A DNA stretch of 64,000 nt from Candidatus Obscuribacteraceae bacterium (GTDB lineage Bacteria; Cyanobacteriota; Vampirovibrionia; Obscuribacterales; Obscuribacteraceae), in assembly GCA_044226015.1 (NCBI GenBank), contig JBGAHS010000004.1:320001-384000 (forward strand). Direction: 5' to 3'. The notes beneath the pieces were generated by a model. It searched no databases. It was not told the DNA's origin and saw nothing but the letters and a program-made list of their open reading frames with translations. A program made the translations under genes and the position numbers. Positions 59,808-64,000 of this stretch are shown here, piece by piece. How positions within the stretch are numbered: position 1 is the stretch's first letter; each line of letters opens with the position of its first letter.

Positions 59808-61967
59808 ATGAATACAAAAAGATGCGTTCAAGCTGCTGTTGCCGGTTTCCTTGCTGCTGCTACTGCACCGACCTTAATTCTAGAGTCTCTGGCTCAAGGA
59901 ACTACGGCTGGAAGCGGTGCGCCGCCTCAGGCACCTTCGTTTTTGAAGCAGGCTGGTCAAAAAATATTTGAAAATGCTCAGAAGAAAGTTTTGCATGGTT
60001 TGAACGAAAAATTGCAGACTCCACAAGGTCAAGCCGCCACGCCTCCGAATGGTATGCCACCTCTTGCGCCAGGCACTGCCGGCGGTGCTTCCGTTAGCCC
60101 CAGTGCAGCTGGCACCGCAGTTCCAGGTACGGCTGCCCCAGGTACATTGCAGGTTACAGCTCCAGGTACACTGCCAGGTCCAGCTCCAGCGGCAGTTCAG
60201 GGAACCTCTCCGGGCACAGCGACGACGGCTCCAGTTGCACCCGTGGGAGCTGGCAGCACCGTCACAACGACTGCTCCGGCTCGACAGCTAGCTCCATGCA
60301 GATCTTGGGTAGACCCTTCGGACAGGCCAATCGCTTGTTTGCTCTGTATTCATGGTTTGGGACTTCAAAGTAATTCTTACGAGTTTTTTGCTAAGGAGAC
60401 TTCTAAGAAGGGGCTTGCTGTCTACGCAATTGATGTGCGTGGATTTGGCACATGGATGAAATCTAACGGAAAAGGCAAAGTCAATTTTGATGATTGTTTG
60501 GCGGACATTAAGCAAACTCTGGAGTCCATCAAGTCTGCGAACCCAGGAGTTCCTGTGTACATACTCGGAGAATCCATGGGCGGGGCTATCGCACTGCGCG
60601 CTGCTTCCATGTATCCCGAGCTAATAGATGGTTTGATCTCTTCTGTTCCTGCTGGTGAGAGGTTTCAGCAAGAGAAAACGAGCGCTAAGGTGTTCTTGAA
60701 TTTGCTGTCTGGAATGAATCTCGCAGATGTGGGTGGTGACATAGTAAATCAAGCTACGAAGAATGCTAAGTTGGCCACCCAATGGAAGGATGATCCACTG
60801 GCGCGATTGAATTTGTCGCCACAGGAATTGATTCAGTTTCAGGATTTTATGAACTTCAATCATGAGGCTGCGAAGAAGGTTTCGCAAATGCCGGTACTCT
60901 TTGTCCAGGGCATTGGCGATCAGCTTGTTAAGCCGGAGGGCACCTGGCAATTGTTCAACTCAATTGCTTCGAAGGACAAATCATTCTTTGCCATGCCTGG
61001 GGAGCATTTGATTTTTGAGGAGGCCCAGACTCAGGATGCTGGACCTCGTGACCAGAACTTTCGAGTTATCTCCGCTTGGCTTACAAACAAGGTTGGCAGA
61101 AAACGGCGCTATTCCAATCAAACTGCTGGTACCAATGGCGGTGACAACTTCGGTTACGGTGGTGGTATTGGATACGGCGGCAACGGCGGTGGATACGGCG
61201 GCAATGGTGGCGGATACGGCGGCAATGGCGGTGGATATGGCGGCAATGGCGGTGGATATGGCGGCAATGGTGGCGGATACGGCGGCAACGGTGGTGGATA
61301 TGGCGGCAATGGTGGAGGATACGGCGGCAACGGTGGAGGATACGGCGGCAACCTCCTAAGTTTTCAGGGACTTGAAGGTCCGACTCGAATGATTGATTCG
61401 GGAAGATTCAGTGACGCTATTGCAGAGTTGGAGAAAATCAAGTCTCAACGCCCAGGAGACCCTCAAGTTCTAATGTTGCTTGGTAAGGCCTATTCAATGT
61501 CTGGAGATAGATTTCAGGCTGCGAGCTATTTCCGCTCAGCTATGCGATTGAATCGAGGCGGTGGTGACAGAGCTAAAGCGTTTAATTCCTATATGCTGGG
61601 GCTTGAGCCTTCTACTGGCAATGGTGGAAACAATGCGATGAGAGGTGGCTATGGGGCTAGTAGCGGACCTGTTGCATTCGGGCAAAAAGGCACCGTGTAC
61701 GCGTTTTATGCTAACTGGGCTGACCAATGCAAAAACATAAACGACCAGTTGAGGCAATTGACCGCTGCTTACGGTCAACGCATAAATGTTACTCCGGTGA
61801 ACATTGAAGATCGGGCATCTGATTCGTTAGTTGATAAATACAATATTGGCCCAATCCCAACGGTGGTTTTTGTCGATGGCAGCGGGCAAGTTAGCTCCAC
61901 AATCATCGGAGAATCAAGCCTTGCGAATTACGAAAAAGCTGTGAAAAATATCTTGAATATACGATAG
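59808..61967 (+). CDS. secreted alpha/beta hydrolase (lysophospholipase-like) fused to Gly-rich repeat, TPR and thioredoxin-like domain
   Basis: IHGLG, DVRGFG, GESMGG, GDQLV, GEHL; (YGGNGGG)x8; TPR; FYANWADQC...IPT. Confidence 0.88.
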   Translation: MNTKRCVQAAVAGFLAAATAPTLILESLAQGTTAGSGAPPQAPSFLKQAGQKIFENAQKKVLHGLNEKLQTPQGQAATPPNGMPPLAPGTAGGASVSPSAAGTAVPGTAAPGTLQVTAPGTLPGPAPAAVQGTSPGTATTAPVAPVGAGSTVTTTAPARQLAPCRSWVDPSDRPIACLLCIHGLGLQSNSYEFFAKETSKKGLAVYAIDVRGFGTWMKSNGKGKVNFDDCLADIKQTLESIKSANPGVPVYILGESMGGAIALRAASMYPELIDGLISSVPAGERFQQEKTSAKVFLNLLSGMNLADVGGDIVNQATKNAKLATQWKDDPLARLNLSPQELIQFQDFMNFNHEAAKKVSQMPVLFVQGIGDQLVKPEGTWQLFNSIASKDKSFFAMPGEHLIFEEAQTQDAGPRDQNFRVISAWLTNKVGRKRRYSNQTAGTNGGDNFGYGGGIGYGGNGGGYGGNGGGYGGNGGGYGGNGGGYGGNGGGYGGNGGGYGGNGGGYGGNGGGYGGNLLSFQGLEGPTRMIDSGRFSDAIAELEKIKSQRPGDPQVLMLLGKAYSMSGDRFQAASYFRSAMRLNRGGGDRAKAFNSYMLGLEPSTGNGGNNAMRGGYGASSGPVAFGQKGTVYAFYANWADQCKNINDQLRQLTAAYGQRINVTPVNIEDRASDSLVDKYNIGPIPTVVFVDGSGQVSSTIIGESSLANYEKAVKNILNIR
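61173..61352 (+). repeat. 21-bp in-frame tandem repeat, 8 full units plus a partial unit
   Basis: TA(C/T)GGCGGCAA(C/T)GGnGGnGGA encoding YGGNGGG; variation only at synonymous sites. Confidence 0.95.
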
Positions 61968-61984
61968 CTATCTCTCAAGCGTGG

Positions 61985-62024
61985 CAAAAGGTGTTGGTAT
62001 CGCGCGAGATACCAACACCTTTTG
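61985..62024 (+). terminator. intrinsic terminator
   Basis: Perfect 17-bp stem CAAAAGGTGTTGGTATC / GATACCAACACCTTTTG followed by ATTTTG. Confidence 0.85.
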
Positions 62025-62064
62025 ATTTTGCTTCGAATTCTCTTCCTTTTGTTATAATCGAAAT

Positions 62065-62646
62065 ATGTTTACTGACAAAATTCCTCGCAAGAAATCTGAG
62101 CAGGAAGAGTATTCTCGCAGCGATGAACTGCGCACAATTCAGCTTCCAGAAATTGAGCCGGTAAGGTCGCTGGCTCAATGTATAGAACTGGGACTTAGGG
62201 ATGAGGAGAAGAAGTCTGTCGAAAAAGCAGCGAATGGAATTGCGCGCGAATTTTGTTCATGTTTCGACATTCCTCTTTCTCCTGTAAGGGTGCTTGGCGT
62301 GCGTCCCCGAAAGGTGACTGAAACCTCAGTTTGGGAAACCTTTGGTGACTACGACACCGAGACTTTGAAGATTCGTTTGTGGATGCGTACCGCTGTCTTA
62401 CAAAAAACATCAGCCTATGGCACATTGCTGAGTACGCTCTGCCATGAGCTTTGCCACCACCTGGACTGCGCCTACTTAAATTTGCCAAACACTTTCCATA
62501 CACGTGGATTTTATGCCAGAGCTGGGCTTCTGTATCATCATATAAAGAACACCCCAATTCGAGAGTTGGTTTGGACCCGGCACTCCAATGGAACATACAG
62601 TATCAACTGGCCTGCAACTATGCGTGGTGCGCCGGGAAAACGATGA
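62065..62646 (+). CDS. small zincin-like metalloprotease (SprT/WLM-like)
   Basis: TLCHELCHHL plus downstream FHTRGF; no signal peptide. Confidence 0.7.
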   Translation: MFTDKIPRKKSEQEEYSRSDELRTIQLPEIEPVRSLAQCIELGLRDEEKKSVEKAANGIAREFCSCFDIPLSPVRVLGVRPRKVTETSVWETFGDYDTETLKIRLWMRTAVLQKTSAYGTLLSTLCHELCHHLDCAYLNLPNTFHTRGFYARAGLLYHHIKNTPIRELVWTRHSNGTYSINWPATMRGAPGKR

Positions 62647-62768
62647 TCGGGAGCATGAGGAGCCAAAACCACAGGCAGCAAAACAAAAGATGCCAAAACA
62701 AAAGGAGAAGAGCAACGCTGGCTCTTCTCCTTCTGGATGTATTTATTGTTCTGCGCTAGCAGAGTCAA

Positions 62769-63986
62769 TTATAGGCAAGCAGGGTCAACCGGTTCTTCGT
62801 ACTTGACGCCTTCTAGCCCAAACCCGAACAACTTCAAGAATTGTTCTTTATAGACGTTGAAGTGGCTGATTTCGTTCAGGTTTTCTGTTGTGACTTTGCC
62901 CCACAATTCACTAACAGCTTTTTGAATCTTCGGCTCCATCTCAAGGTCGTCGATTCTAATTCTTCCAGCTTCGTCTAGCTTGGGTGTGTTGCCGTTATAC
63001 AGTTGCGATGCAAACAGTCGGTAAATTTGTTCGATACAGCCTTCCAGCGTGCTTTGTTCTTTCAACACTTTGAAGAGAAGTGAAATGTAGAGTGGTACTA
63101 CCGGAATGGCTGAGCTTGCCTGAGTTACAACAGCTTGATTCACGGAAACATAAGCTTTACCGCTGAGCTTGCTGAGCATGGAATTGATTTTCTCAGTTGC
63201 TTTCTCCAGGTCTTGCTTGGCTCTACCGATGGTGCCATCCTTGTACACGGGCCAGGTAACTTCGGGTCCGATGTATGAGTATGCAACCGTCTTCACTCCA
63301 TCAGCCAGAACACCCGCTTTCTGAAGCTTTTCCATCCACATAATCCAGTCTTCTCCACCCATTACGGTGACTGTTTCATTGATGTCGTGCTCATTGGCTG
63401 GATCTATCGAAACGTCTTTAACAATGCCCTTATCGGTGTCGAGTGTTTTCGCTGTGAATGTTTGTCCGATAGGTTTCAATACTGAGTTGTGAACTGATTT
63501 GCTATCAGGGTGCGTTCTTCTTGGTGATGCAAGACTGTAAATTACGCAGTCGATTTTTCCAAGATCTTTCTTGATGAGTTCGATTGTCTGCTCTTTCAGT
63601 TCGTTGGAAAATGCATCTCCGTTGAGGTTCTCAGCATAGAGCCCTGCTTCTTTTGCAGCTTTTGTGAATGCTGAGGTGTTGTACCAGCCAGCGCTTGCGG
63701 GTTTTCCACCTTCACTGGGTTTTTCGAAGAACACCCCGATGGTGTCAGCCTGTCCTGCAAACGCGCTGACTATACGAGATGCCAATCCATAGCCAGTTGA
63801 TGACCCGATTACGAGGACCTTTTTCGGAGCTTCCTTTATAGAGCCTTGCTTCTTGACATAGTCTATTTGCTCCAGCACATTTTTTTGGCAGCCAAGAGGA
63901 TGTGCCGTTACGCAGATGAATCCTCTCACACGGGGGTTGATCGGCTTAAGTTCCGAAGTTGACATCTTTACCTCTGTAGTACTCAT
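62769..63986 (-). CDS. fabV: enoyl-ACP / trans-2-enoyl-CoA reductase
   Basis: HPLGC, GSSTGYGLASR, GDAFS, YSLASP, VMGGEDW, YSYIG, GTIGRAK, FGF. Confidence 0.95.
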   Translation of the reverse strand: MSTTEVKMSTSELKPINPRVRGFICVTAHPLGCQKNVLEQIDYVKKQGSIKEAPKKVLVIGSSTGYGLASRIVSAFAGQADTIGVFFEKPSEGGKPASAGWYNTSAFTKAAKEAGLYAENLNGDAFSNELKEQTIELIKKDLGKIDCVIYSLASPRRTHPDSKSVHNSVLKPIGQTFTAKTLDTDKGIVKDVSIDPANEHDINETVTVMGGEDWIMWMEKLQKAGVLADGVKTVAYSYIGPEVTWPVYKDGTIGRAKQDLEKATEKINSMLSKLSGKAYVSVNQAVVTQASSAIPVVPLYISLLFKVLKEQSTLEGCIEQIYRLFASQLYNGNTPKLDEAGRIRIDDLEMEPKIQKAVSELWGKVTTENLNEISHFNVYKEQFLKLFGFGLEGVKYEEPVDPACL

Positions 63987-64000
63987 GCTTACCTCTGCAG

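Noticed and set aside
61015..61359. Poly-proline (PPPLPPY) antisense ORF and alternate-frame repeat ORF
   Set aside because: By-products of the 21-bp Gly repeat in the hydrolase gene

Overview
Chromosomal, gene-dense bacterial window with about 40 CDS. I saw no rRNA, tRNA, CRISPR array, integrase or transposase. The gene style (many secreted TPR proteins, Zn-ribbon Hanks kinases, PAS histidine kinases, a giant FHA-like protein, TPR-matrixin, GlnRS, FabV) suggests a non-photosynthetic cyanobacterial relative such as Melainabacteria/Obscuribacterales; this is inference, not a search result. Housekeeping genes: otsA-like, thiolase, ald, xth, nrdAB, cobB, birA, recJ-apt, glnS, fabV. The strongest sequence-level signal lies at 32.6-44.5 kb: an interlocked duplication birA-[CAAX protease]-rhomboid 5' fragment/birA 3' fragment-[3110-aa adhesin-like gene]-rhomboid. 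It looks like two different alleles of one variable slot between birA and rhomboid sitting in tandem, joined at a 3-bp microhomology, with each cargo flanked by its own direct repeat. Other points of interest: a convergent pair of receptor-like kinases with unrelated ectodomains, a TPR-matrixin with HQxxH instead of HExxH, a REP-like palindrome family, a structured glnS leader, and repeated low-complexity insertions in conserved enzymes.
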